DNA of 64,000 bases from Eledone cirrhosa (taxonomy: Eukaryota). The stretch lies in contig OZ024743.1 of NCBI GenBank assembly GCA_964016885.1, forward strand, positions 201,314,001 through 201,378,000. Reading direction: 5' to 3'. Positions within the stretch are counted from its first letter, which is position 1, and every line of letters starts with the position of its first letter. The position numbers were made by a program, and so were the translations under genes. The notes below the pieces were generated by a model, which was not told the DNA's origin, made no database searches, and saw nothing but the letters and a program-made list of their open reading frames with translations. This document shows positions 14,135-25,800 of the stretch, piece after piece.

Positions 14135-15611
14135 GTTGGTGGTGGTGCTGTTGTTGGTGGTGGTGCTGTTGTTGGTGGTGGGGCTGTTGTTGGTGGTGGT
14201 GCTGTTGTTGGTGGTGCTGTTGTTGGTGGTGGTGCTGTTGTTGGTGGTGGGGCTGTTGTTGGTGGTGGTGCTGTTGTTGGTGGTGCTGTTGTTGTTGGTG
14301 GTGCTGTTGTTGGTTGTGGTGCTGTTGTAGGTGGTGCTGTTGTTGTTGGTGGGGCTGTTGTTGTTGGTGTTGCTGTTGTTGATGGTGGGGCTGTTGTTGT
14401 TGGTGTTGCTGTTGTTGGTGGTGGTGCTGTTGTTGTTGGTGTTGCTGTTGTTGTTGGTGGGGCTGTTGTTGTTGGTGGTGCTGTTGTTGGTGGTGGTGCT
14501 GTTGTTGGTGGTGGTGCTGTTGTTGGTGGTGGGGCTGTTGTTGGTGGTGGTGGTGTTGTTGTTGGTGGTGCTGTTGTTGGTGGTGGTGCTGTTGTTGGTG
14601 GTGGTGCTGTTGTTGGTGGTGTTGCTGTTGTTGTTGGTGGGGCTGTTGTTGTTGGTGGTGCTGTTGTTGGTGGTGGTGCTGTTGTTGGTGGTGGTGCTGT
14701 TGTTGTTGGTGTTGCTGTTGTTGTTGGTGGTGCTGTTGTTGGTGGTGCTGTTGTTGTTGGTGGTGCTGTTGTTGTTGGTGGTGCTGTTGTTGTTGGTGGT
14801 GCTGTTGTTGTTGGTGGTGCTGTTGTTGTTGGTGGTGCTGTTGTTGTTGGTGGTGGTGTTGTTGTTGGTGGTGCTGTTGTTGTTGGTGGTGCTGTTGTTG
14901 TTGGTGGTGCTGTTGTTGTTGGTGGTGCTGTTGTTGTTGGTGGTGGTGTTGTTGTTGGTGGTGCTGTTGTTGTTGGTGGTGCTGTTGTTGTTGGTGGTGC
15001 TGTTGTTGGTGGTGGGGCTGTTTTTGGTGGTGCTGCTGTTGTTGATATTGGTGGTGCTGTTGTTGTTGGTGGTGGTGTTGTTGTTGGTGGTGCTGTTGTT
15101 GGTGGTGGTGCTGTTGTTGGTGGTGGTGCTGTTGTTGTTGGTGTTGCTGTTGTTGTTGGTGGGGCTGTTGTTGTTGTTGGTGTTGTTGTTGGTGGTGGAG
15201 CTGTTGTTGGTGGTGGAGCTGTTGTTGGTGGTGGTGTTGTCGTTGGTGGTGCTGTTGTTGTTGGTGGTGGTGCTGTTGGTGGTGGTGGTGCTGTTGTTGT
15301 TGGTGGTGCTGTTGTTGTTGGTGGTGGTGCTGTTGTTGGTGGTGGTGCTGTTGTTGTTGGTGGTGCTGTTGTTGGTGGTGGAGCTGTTGTTGGTGGTGGT
15401 GTTGTTGTTGTTGGTGGTGCTGTTGTTGTTGGTGGTGCTGTTGTTGGTGGTGCTGTTGTGGTGGGGCTGTTGTTGTTGGTGGGGCTGTTGTTGTTGGTGG
15501 GGCTGTTGTTGTTGGTGGTGCTGTTGTTGGTGGTGGTGCTGTTGTTGGTGGTGGTGTTGTTGTTGGTGGTGTTGTTGTTGTTGGTGGTGGTGGTGCTGTT
15601 GCTGTTGGTGG

Positions 15612-15642
<31 letters not shown>

Positions 15643-18600
15643 GCTGTTGTTGTGGTGGTGCTGTTGTTGTTGGTGGTACTGTTGTTGTTGGTGGTGCTGT
15701 TGTTGTTGGTGGTGCTGTTGTTGGTGGTGGTGTTGTTGTTGGTGGTGGTGTTGTTGTTGGTGGTGCTGTGGTTGGTGGTGGTGCTGTTGTTGTTGGTGGT
15801 GCTGTTGTTGGTGGTGGTGCTGTTGTTGGTGGTGGTGCTGTTGTTAGTGGTGGTGTTGTTGTTGGTGGTGCTGTTGTTGTTGGTGGTGCTGTTGTTGTTG
15901 GTGGTACTGTGGTTGGTGGTGGTGCTGTTGTTGTTGGTGGAGCTGTTGTTGTTGGTGGTGGTGTTGTTGTTGGTGGTGGTGTTGTTGTTGGTGGTGCTGT
16001 TGTTGGTGGTGGTGCTGTTGTTGTTGGTGGTGCTGTTGTTGGTGGTGGTGCTGTTGTTGTTGGTGGTGCTGTTGTTGGTGGTGGTGCTGTTGTTGTGGGT
16101 GGTGCTGTTGTTGTTGGTGGTGCAGTTGTTGGTGGTGGTGCTGTTGTTGGTGGTGGTGCTGTTGTTGATATCGGTGGTGCTGTTGATGTTGGTGGTGGTG
16201 TTGTTGTTGGTGGTGGTGTTGTTGTTGGTGGTGCTGTTGTTGGTGGTGGTGCTGTTGTTGGTGGTGGTGCTGTTGTTGTTGGTGGTGCTGTTGTTGTTGG
16301 TGGTGCTGTTGTCGTTGGTGGTGGTGCTGTTGTTGGTGGTGCTGTTGTTGGTGGTGGTGCTGTTGTTGGTGGTGCTGTTGTTGTTGGTGGTGGTGCTGTT
16401 GTTGGTGGTGATGTTGTTGGTGGTGGTGCTGTTGTTGTTGGTGGTGGTGCTGTTGTTGGTGGTGCTGTTGTTGTTGGTGGTGCTGTTGTTGATGGTGGTG
16501 GTGGTGTTGGTGGTGGTGGTGGTGCTGTTGGTGCTGTTGTTGGTGGTGCTGTTGTTGGTGGTGGTGCTGTTGTTGGTGGTGCTGTTGTTGTTGGTGGTGC
16601 TGTTGTTGTTGGTGGTGCTGTTGTTGGTGGTGCTGTTGTTGGTGGTGGTGCTGTTGTTGGTGGTGCTGTGGTTGGTGGTGGTGCTGTTGTTGGTGGTGGT
16701 GCTGTTGTTGGTGGTGGTGCTATTGTTGGTGGTGCTGTTGTTGGTGGTGGTGCTGTTGTTGTTGGTGGTGCTGTTGTTGTTGGTGGTGCAGTTGTTGGTG
16801 GTGGTGCTGTTGTTGGTGGTGGTGCTGTTGTTGGTGGTGCTGTTGTTGGTGGTGGTGCTGTTGTTGGTGGTGGTGTTGTTGTTGGTGGTGCTGTGGTTGG
16901 TGGTGGTGCTGTTGTTGGTGGTGGTGCTGTTGTTGGTGGTGGTGCTGTTGTTGGTGGTGCTGTTGTTGGTGGTGGTGCTGTTGTTGGTGGTGGTGGTGTT
17001 GTTGTTGGTGGTGCTGTTGTTGGTGGTGCTGTTGTTGGTGGTGGTGCTGTTGTTGGTGGTGGTGGTGTTGTTGTTGGTGGTGCTGTTGTTGGTGGTGCTG
17101 TTGTTGGTGGTGGTGCTGTTGTTGGTGGTGGTGCTGTTGTTGTTGGTGGTGGTGCTGTTGTTGTTGGTGGTGCTGTTGTTGGTGGTGCTGTTGTTGGTGG
17201 TGGTGCTGTTGTTGGTGGTGGTGCTGTTGTTGGTGGTGCTGTTGTTGGTGGTGGTGGTGTTGTTGTTGGTGGTGCTGTTGTTGGTGGTGCTGTTGTTGGT
17301 GGTGCTGTGGTTGGTGGTGGTGCTGTTGTTGTTGGTGGTGCTGTTGTTGGTGGTGGTGCTGTTGTTGGTGGTGGTGCTGTTGTTAGTGGTGGTGTTGTTG
17401 TTGGTGGTGCTGTTGTTGTTGGTGGTGCTGTTGTTGTTGGTGGTGCTGTGGTTGGTGGTGGTGCTGTTGTTGTTGGTGGAGCTGTTGTTGTTGGTGGTGG
17501 TGTTGTTGTTGGTGGTGGTGTTGTTGTTGGTGGTGCTGTTGTTGGTGGTGGTGCTGTTGTTGTTGGTGGTGCTGTTGTTGGTGGTGGTGTTGTTGTTGGT
17601 GGTGGTGTTGTTGTTGGTGGTGCTGTTGTTGGTGGTGGTGCTGTTGTTGGTGGTGGTGCTGTTGTTGTTGGTGGTGCTGTTGTTGTTGGTGGTGCTGTTG
17701 TCGTTGGTGTTGCTGTTGTTGTTGGTGGTGCTGTTGTTGTTGGTGGAGCTGTTGTTGTTGGTGGTGCTGTTGTTGGTGGTGCTGTTGTTGGTGGTGGTGC
17801 TGTTGTTGGTGGTGCTGTGGTTGGTGGTGGTGCTGTTGTTGGTGGTGGTGCTGTTGTTGGTGGTGGTGCTATTGTTGGTGGTGCTGTTGTTGGTGGTGGT
17901 GCTGTTGTTGTTGGTGGTGCTGTTGTTGTTGGTGGTGCAGTTGTTGGTGGTGGTGCTGTTGTTGGTGGTGGTGCTGTTGTTGGTGGTGCTGTTGTTGGTG
18001 GTGGTGCTGTTGTTGGTGGTGGTGTTGTTGTTGGTGGTGTTGTGGTTGGTGGTGGTGCTGTTGTTGGTGGTGGTGCTGTTGTTGGTGGTGGTGCTGTTGT
18101 TGGTGGTGCTGTTGTTGGTGGTGGTGCTGTTGTTGGTGGTGGTGGTGTTGTTGTTGGTGGTGCTGTTGTTGGTGGTGCTGTTGTTGGTGGTGGTGCTGTT
18201 GTTGGTGGTGGTGGTGTTGTTGTTGGTGGTGCTGTTGTTGGTGGTGCTGTTGTTGGTGGTGGTGCTGTTGTTGGTGGTGGTGCTGTTGTTGTTGGTGGTG
18301 GTGCTGTTGTTGTTGGTGGTGCTGTTGTTGGTGGTGCTGTTGTTGGTGGTGGTGCTGTTGTTGGTGGTGGTGCTGTTGTTGGTGGTGCTGTTGTTGGTGG
18401 TGGTGGTGTTGTTGTTGGTGGTGCTGTTGTTGGTGGTGCTGTTGTTGGTGGTGGTGCTGTTGTTGGTGGTGGTGCTGTTGTTGTTGTTGGTGGTGCTGTT
18501 GTTGTTGGTGGTGCTGTTGTTGTTGTTGGTGGTGCTGTTGTTGGTGGTGCTGTTGTTGGTGGTGGTGCTGTTGTTGGTGGTGGTGCTGTTGTTGTTGTTG

Positions 18601-21600
18601 GTGGTGCTGTTGTTGGTGGTGGTGCTGTTGTTGTTGGTGGTGCTGTTGTTGTTGTTGGTGGTGCTGTTGTTGGTGGTGCTGTTGTTGGTGGTGGTGCTGT
18701 TGTTGGTGGTGGTGCTGTTGTTGTTGTTGGTGGTGCTGTTGTTGGTGGTGGTGCTGTTGTTGTTGGTGGTGCTGTTGTTGTTGGTGGTGCTGTTGTTGTT
18801 GGTGGTGGTGCTGTTGTTGTTGGTGGTGCTGTTGTTGGGGGTGGTGCTGTTGTTGGTGGTGCTGTTGTTGGTGGTGCTGTTGTTGTTGGTGGTGGTGCTG
18901 TTGTTGTTGGTGCTGTTGTTGTTGTTGGTGGTGCTGTTGTTGGTGGTGCTGTTGTTGGTGGTGGTGCTGTTGTTGGTGGTGGTGCTGTTGTTGTTGTTGG
19001 TGGTGCTGTTGTTGGTGGTGCTGTTGTTGGTGGTGGTGCTGTTGTTGTTGGTGGTGCTGTTGTTGTTGTTGGTGGTGCTGTTGTTGGTGGTGCTGTTGTT
19101 GGTGGTGGTGCTGTTGTTGGTGGTGGTGCTGTTGTTGTTGTTGGTGGTGCTGTTGTTGGTGGTGCTGTTGTTGGTGGTGGTGCTGTTGTTGTTGGTGGTG
19201 CTGTTGTTGTTGTTGGTGGTGCTGTTGTTGGTGGTGCTGTTGTTGGTGGTGGTGCTGTTGTTGTTGGTGGTGCTGTTGTTGTTGTTGGTGGTGCTGTTGT
19301 TGGTGGTGCTGTTGTTGGTGGTGGTGCTGTTGTTGGTGGTGGTGCTGTTGTTGTTGTTGGTGGTGCTGTTGTTGGTGGTGCTGTTGTTGGTGGTGGTGCT
19401 GTTGTTGTTGGTGGTGCTGTTGTTGGTGGTGGTGCTGTTGGTGGTGGTGCTGTTGTTGGTGGTGCTGTTGTTGTTGGTGGTGCTGTTGTTGGCGGTGATG
19501 CTGTTGTTGGTGGTGGTGCTGTTGTTGGTGGTGCTGTTGTTGGTGGTGGTGCTGTTGTTGTTGGTGGTGCTGTTGTTGGTGGTGCTGTTGTTGGTGGTGG
19601 TGCTGTTGTTGGTGGTGGTGCTGTTGTTGTTGTTGGTGGTGCTGTTGTTGGTGGTGCTGTTGTTGGTGGTGGTGCTGTTGTTGGTGGTGGGGCTGTTGTT
19701 GGTGGTGGTGCTGTTGTTGGTGGTGGTGCTGTTGTTGGTGGTGGTGTTGTTGGTGGTGGAGCTGTTGTTGGTGGTGGTGCTGTTGTTGTTGGTAGGGCTG
19801 TTGTTGTTGGTGGTGCTGTTGTTGGTGGTGGAGCTGTTGTTGGTGGTGGTGTTGTTGTTGGTGGTGGTGTTGTTGGTGGTGGAGCTGTTGTTGGTGGTGG
19901 TGGTGTTGTTGGTGGTGGTGTTGATGTTGGTGGTGCTGTTGTTGTTGGTAGGGCTGTTGTTGTTGGTGGTGCTGTTGTTGGTGGTGCTGTTGTTGTTGGT
20001 GGTGGTGTTGTTGGTGGTGGTGCTGTTGTTGGTGGTGGTGGTGTTGTTGTTGGTGGTGCTGTTGTTGTTGGTGGTGCTGTTGTTGGTGGTGGAGCTGTTG
20101 TTGGTGGTGGTGTTGTTGTTGGTGGTGCTGTTGTTGATGTTCGAGGTGCTGTTGTTGTTGGTGGTGCTGTTGGTGGTGGTGCTGTTGTTGTTGGTGGTGC
20201 TGTTGTTGTTGGTGGTGCTGTTGTTGGTGGTGGTGCTGTTGTTGGTGGTGGTGCTGTTGTTGGTGGTGGTGCTGTTGTTGGTGGTGGTGCTGTTGTTGTT
20301 GGTGGTGCTGTTGTTGGTGGTGGAGCTGTTGTTGGTGGTGGTGTTGTTGTTGGTGGTGCTGTTGTTGATGTTCGTGGTGCTGTTGTTGTTGGTGGTGCTG
20401 TTGTTGTTGGTGGTGCTGTTGTTGGTGGTGGTGCTGTTGTTGTTGGTGGGGCTGTTGTTGTTGGTGGTGCTGTTGTTGGTGGTGGTGCTGTTGTTGGTGG
20501 TGGTGCCGTTGTTGGTGGTGGTGCTGTTGTTGGTGGTGGTGCTGTTGTTGTTGGTGTTGCTGTTGTTGTTGGTGGGGCTGTTGTTGGTAATGGTGCTGTT
20601 GTTGGTGGTGGTGCTGTTGTTGGTGGTGGTGCTGTTGTTGTTGGTGTTGCTGTTGTTGTTGGTGGGGCTGTTGTTGTTGGTGGTGCTGTTGTTGGTGGTG
20701 GTGCTGTTGTTGGTGGTGGTGCTGTTGTTGTTGGTGTTGCTGTTGTTGTTGGTGGGGCTGTTGTTGTTGGTGGTGCTGTTGTTAGTGGTGGTGCTGTTGT
20801 TGTTGGTGGTGCTGTTGTTGGTGGTGGTGCTGTTGTTGGTGGTGGTGCTGTTGTTGGTGGTGGGGCTGTTGTTGGTGGTGGTGCTGTTGTTGGTGGTGGG
20901 GCTGTTGTTGGTGGTGGTGGTGTTGTTGTTGGTGGTGCTGTTGTTGGTGGTGGTGCCGTTGTTGGTGGTGGTGCTGTTGTTGGTGGTGGTGCTGTTGTTG
21001 GTGGTGGGGCTGTTGTTGGTGGTGGTGGTGTTGTTGTTGGTGGTGCTGTTGTTGGTGGTGGTGCTGTTGTTGGTGGTGGTGCTGTTGTTGTTGGTGTTGC
21101 TGTTGTTGTTGGTGGGGCTGTTGTTGTTGGTGGTGCTGTTGTTGGTGGTGGTGCTGTTGTTGGTGGTGGTGCTGTTGTTGTTGGTGTTGCTGTTGTTGTT
21201 GGTGGGGCTGTTGTTGTTGGTGGTGCTGTTGTTGGTGGTGGTGCTGTTGTTGGTGGTGGTGCTGTTGTTGGTGGTGGGGCTGTTGTTGTTGGTGTTGCTG
21301 TTGTTGTTGGTGGGGCTGTTGTTGTTGGTGGTGCTGTTGTTGGTGGTGGTGCTGTTGTTGGTGGTGGTGCTGTTGTTGGTGGTGCTGTTGTAGGTGGTGC
21401 TGTTGTTGTTGGTGGTGGTGCTGTTGTTGTTGGTGTTGCTGTTGTTGTTGGTGGGGCTGTTGTTGTTGGTGGTGCTGTTGTTGGTGGTGGTGCTGTTGTT
21501 GGTGGTGGTGCTGTTGTTGGTGGTGGGGCTGTTGTTGGTGGTGGTGGTGTTGTTGTTGGTGGTGCTGTTGTTGGTGGTGGTGCTGTTGTTGGTGGTGGTG

Positions 21601-22799
21601 CTGTTGTTGTTGGTGTTGCTGTTGTTGGTGGTGGGGCTGTTGTTGGTGGTGGTGGTGTTGTTGTTGGTGTTGCTGTTGTTGGTGGTGGTGCTGTTGTTGT
21701 TGGTGTTGCTGTTGTTGTTGGTGGGGCTGTTGTTGTTGGTGGTGCTGTTGTTGGTGGTGGTGCTGTTGTTGGTGGTGGTGCCGTTGTTGGTGGTGGTGCT
21801 GTTGTTGGTGGTGGTGCTGTTGTTGTTGGTGTTGCTGTTGTTGTTGGTGGGGCTGTTGTTGGTAATGGTGCTGTTGTTGGTGGTGGTGCTGTTGTTGGTG
21901 GTGGTGATGTTGTTGTTGGTGTTGCTGTTGTTGTTGGTGGTGCTGTTGTTGGTGGTGGGGCTGTTGTTGGTGGTGGTGGTGTTGTTGTTGGTGGTGCTGT
22001 TGTTGGTGGTGGTGCTGTTGTTGTTGGTGGGGCTGTTGTTGTTGGTGGTGCTGTTGTTGGTGGTGGTGCTGTTGTTGGTGGTGGTGCTGTTGTTGTTGGT
22101 GTTGCTGTTGTTGTTGGTGGGGCTGTTGTTGGTGGTGCTGTTGTTGTTGGTGGTGCTGTTGTTGTTGGTGGTGCTGTTGTTGTTGGTGGTGCTGTTGTTG
22201 TTGGTGGTGCTGTTGTCGTTGGTGGTGGTGTTGTTGTTGGTGGTGCTGTTGTTGTTGGTGGTGCTGTTGTTGTTGGTGGTGCTGTTGTTGGTGGTGGGGC
22301 TGTTTTTGGTGGTGGTGCTGTTGTTGATATTGGTGGTGCTGTTGTTGTTGGTGGTGGTGTTGTTGTTGGTGGTGCTGTTGTTGGTGGTGGTGCTGTTGTT
22401 GGTGGTGGTGCTGTTGTTGTTGGTGTTGCTGTTGTTGTTGGTGGGGCTGTTGTTGTTGTTGGTGTTGTTGTTGGTGGTGGAGCTGTGGTTGGTGGTGGAG
22501 CTGTTGTTGGTGGTGGTGCTGTTGTTGGTGGTGGTGCTGTTGTTGTTGGTGGTGCTGTTGTTGGTGTGGAGCTGTTGTTGGTGGTGGTGTTGTTGTTGTT
22601 GGTGGTGCTGTTGTTGTTGGTGGTGCTGTTGTTGGTGGTGCTGTTGTGGTGGGGCTGTTGTTGTTGGTGGGGCTGTTGTTGTTGGTGGGGCTGTTGTTGT
22701 TGGTGGTGCTGTTGTTGGTGGTGGTGCTGTTGTTGGTGGTGGTGTTGTTGTTGGTGGTGTTGTTGTTGTTGGTGGTGGTGGTGCTGTTGCTGTTGGTGG

Positions 22800-22830
<31 letters not shown>

Positions 22831-25800
22831 GCTGTTGTTGTGGTGGTGCTGTTGTTGTTGGTGGTGCTGTTGTTGTTGGTGGTGCTGTTGTTGTTGGTGG
22901 TGCTGTTGTTGGTGGTGCTGTTGTTGTTGGTGGTGGTGTTGTTGGTGGTGGTGGTGTTGTTGTTGGTGGTGGTGTTGTTGTTGGTGGTGCTGTGGTTGGT
23001 GGTGGTGCTGTTGTTGTTGGTGGTGCTGTTGTTGGTGGTGGTGCTGTTGTTGGTGGTGGTGCTGTTGTTAGTGGTGGTGTTGTTGTTGGTGGTGGTGCTG
23101 TGGTTGGTGGTGGTGGTGGTGTTGTTGGTGGTGGTGTTGTTGTTGGTGGTGCTGTTGTTGGTGGTGGTGTTGTTGTTGGTGGTGGTGCTGTTGTTGGTGG
23201 TGGTGCTGTGGTTGGTGGTGGTGCTGTTGTTGGTGGTGGTGCTGTTGTTGTTGGTGGTGCTGTTGTTGTTGGTGGTGCTGTTGTTGTTGGTGGTGCTGTT
23301 ATTGGTGGTGGTGTTGTTGTTGGTGGTGGTGTTGTTGTTGGTGGTGCTGTTGTTGGTGGTGGTGCTGTTGTTGTTGGTGGTGCTGTTGTTGGTGGTGGTG
23401 CTGTTGTTGTTGGTGGTGCTGTTGTTGGTGGTGGTGCTGTTGTTGGTGGTGGTGCTGTTGTGGTGGTGGTGCTGTTGTTGTTGGTGGTGCTGTTGTCGTT
23501 GGTGTTGCTGTTGTTGTTGGTGGTGCTGTTGTTGTCGGTGGAGCTGTTGTTGTTGGTGGTGCTGTTGTTGTTGGTGGTGCTGTTGTTGGTGGTGGTGCTG
23601 TTGTTGGTGGTGCTGTGGTTGGTGGTGGTGCTGTTGTTGGTGGTGGTGCTGTTGTTGGTGGTGGTGCTATTGTTGGTGGTGCTGTTGTTGGTGGTGGTGC
23701 TGTTGTTGTTGGTGGTGCTGTTGTTGTTGGTGGTGCAGTTGTTGGTGGTGGTGCTGTTGTTGGTGGTGGTGCTGTTGTTGGTGGTGCTGTTGTTGGTGGT
23801 GGTGCTGTTGTTGGTGGTGGTGTTGTTGTTGGTGGTGCTGTGGTTGGTGGTGGTGCTGTTGTTGGTGGTGGTGCTGTTGTTGGTGGTGGTGCTGTTGTTG
23901 GTGGTGGTGCTGTTGTTGGTGGTGGTGGTGTTGTTGTTGGTGGTGCTGTTGTTGGTGGTGCTGTTGTTGGTGGTGGTGCTGTTGTTGGTGGTGGTGGTGT
24001 TGTTGTTGGTGGTGCTGTTGTTGGTGGTGCTGTTGTTGGTGGTGGTGCTGTTGTTGGTGGTGGTGCTGTTGTTGTTGGTGGTGGTGCTGTTGTTGTTGGT
24101 GGTGCTGTTGTTGGTGGTGCTGTTGTTGGTGGTGGTGCTGTTGTTGGTGGTGGTGCTGTTGTTGGTGGTGCTGTTGTTGGTGGTGGTGGTGTTGTTGTTG
24201 GTGGTGCTGTTGTTGGTGGTGCTGTTGTTGGTGGTGGTGCTGTTGTTGGTGGTGGTGCTGTTGTTGTTGTTGGTGGTGCTGTTGTTGGTGGTGGTGCTGT
24301 TGTTGTTGGTGGTGCTGTTGTTGTTGTTGGTGGTGCTGTTGTTGGTGGTGGTGGTGGTGGTGCTGTTGTTGGTGGTGGTGCTGTTGTTGTTGGTGGTGCT
24401 GTTGTTGGTGGTGGTGCTGTTGTTGGTGGTGGTGCTGTTGTTGGTGGTGGTGCTGTTGTTGGTGGTGGTGCTGTTGTTGGTGGTGGTGCTGTTGTTGGTA
24501 ATGGTGCTGTTGTTGGTGGTGCTGTTGTAGGTGGTGCTGTTGTTGTTGGTGCTGTTGTTGGTGGTGGTGGTGTTGTTGTTGGTGGTGCTGTTGTTGGTGC
24601 TGCTGGTGTTGGTGGTGGTGCTGTTGTTGGTGGTGGTGCTGTTGTTGTTGTTGGTGGTGCTGTTGTTGGTGGTGGTGCTGTTGTTGTTGGTGGTGCTGTT
24701 GTTGTTGTTGGTGGTGCTGTTGTTGGTGGTGCTGTTGTTGGTGGTGGTGCTGTTGTTGGTGGTGGTGGTGTTGTTGTTGGTGGTGCTGTTGTTGGTGCTG
24801 CTGGTGTTGGTGGTGGTGCTGTTGTTGGTGGTGGTGCTGTTGTTGTTGTTGGTGGTGCTGTTGTTGGTGGTGGTGCTGTTGTTGTTGGTGGTGCTGTTGT
24901 TGTTGTTGGTGGTGCTGTTGTTGGTGGTGCTGTTGTTGGTGGTGGTGCTGTTGTTGGTGGTGGTGCTGTTGTTGGTGGTGCTGTTGTTGGTGGTGGTGGT
25001 GTTGTTGTTGGTGGTGCTGTTGTTGGTGCTGCTGGTGTTGGTGGTGGTGCTGTTGTTGGTGGTGGTGCTGTTGTTGTTGTTGGTGGTGCTGTTGTTGGTG
25101 GTGGTGCTGTTGTTGTTGGTGGTGCTGTTGTTGTTGTTGGTGGTGCTGTTGTTGGTGGTGCTGTTGTTGGTGGTGGTGCTGTTGTTGGTGGTGGTGCTGT
25201 TGTTGTTGTTGGTGGTGCTGTTGTTGGTGGTGGTGCTGTTGTTGTTGGTGGTGCTGTTGTTGTTGGTGGTGCTGTTGTTGTTGGTGGTGCTGTTGTTGGT
25301 GGTGGTGCTGTTGTTGTTGGTGGTGCTGTTGTTGGTGGTGGTGCTGTTGGTGGTGGTGCTGTTGTTGGTGGTGCTGTTGTTGTTGGTGGTGCTGTTGTTG
25401 GTGGTGGGGCTGTTGTTGGTGGTGGTGCTGTTGTTGGTGGTGGTGCTGTTGTTGGTGGTGGTGTTGTTGGTGGTGGAGCTGTTGTTGGTGGTGGTGCTGT
25501 TGTTGTTGGTAGGGCTGTTGTTGTTGGTGGTGCTGTTGTTGGTGGTGGAGCTGTTGTTGGTGGTGGTGTTGTTGTTGGTGGTGCTGTTGTTGGTGGTGGT
25601 GCTGTTGTTGTTGGTGGTGCTGTTGTTGGTGGTGGTGCTGTTGGTGGTGGTGCTGTTGTTGGTGGTGCTGTTGTTGTTGGTGGTGCTGTTGTTGGTGGTG
25701 GGGCTGTTGTTGGTGGTGGTGCTGTTGTTGGTGGTGCTGTTGTTGGTGGTGGTGCTGTTCTTGTTGGTGGTGCTGTTGTTGGTGGTGGTGCTGTTGGTGG

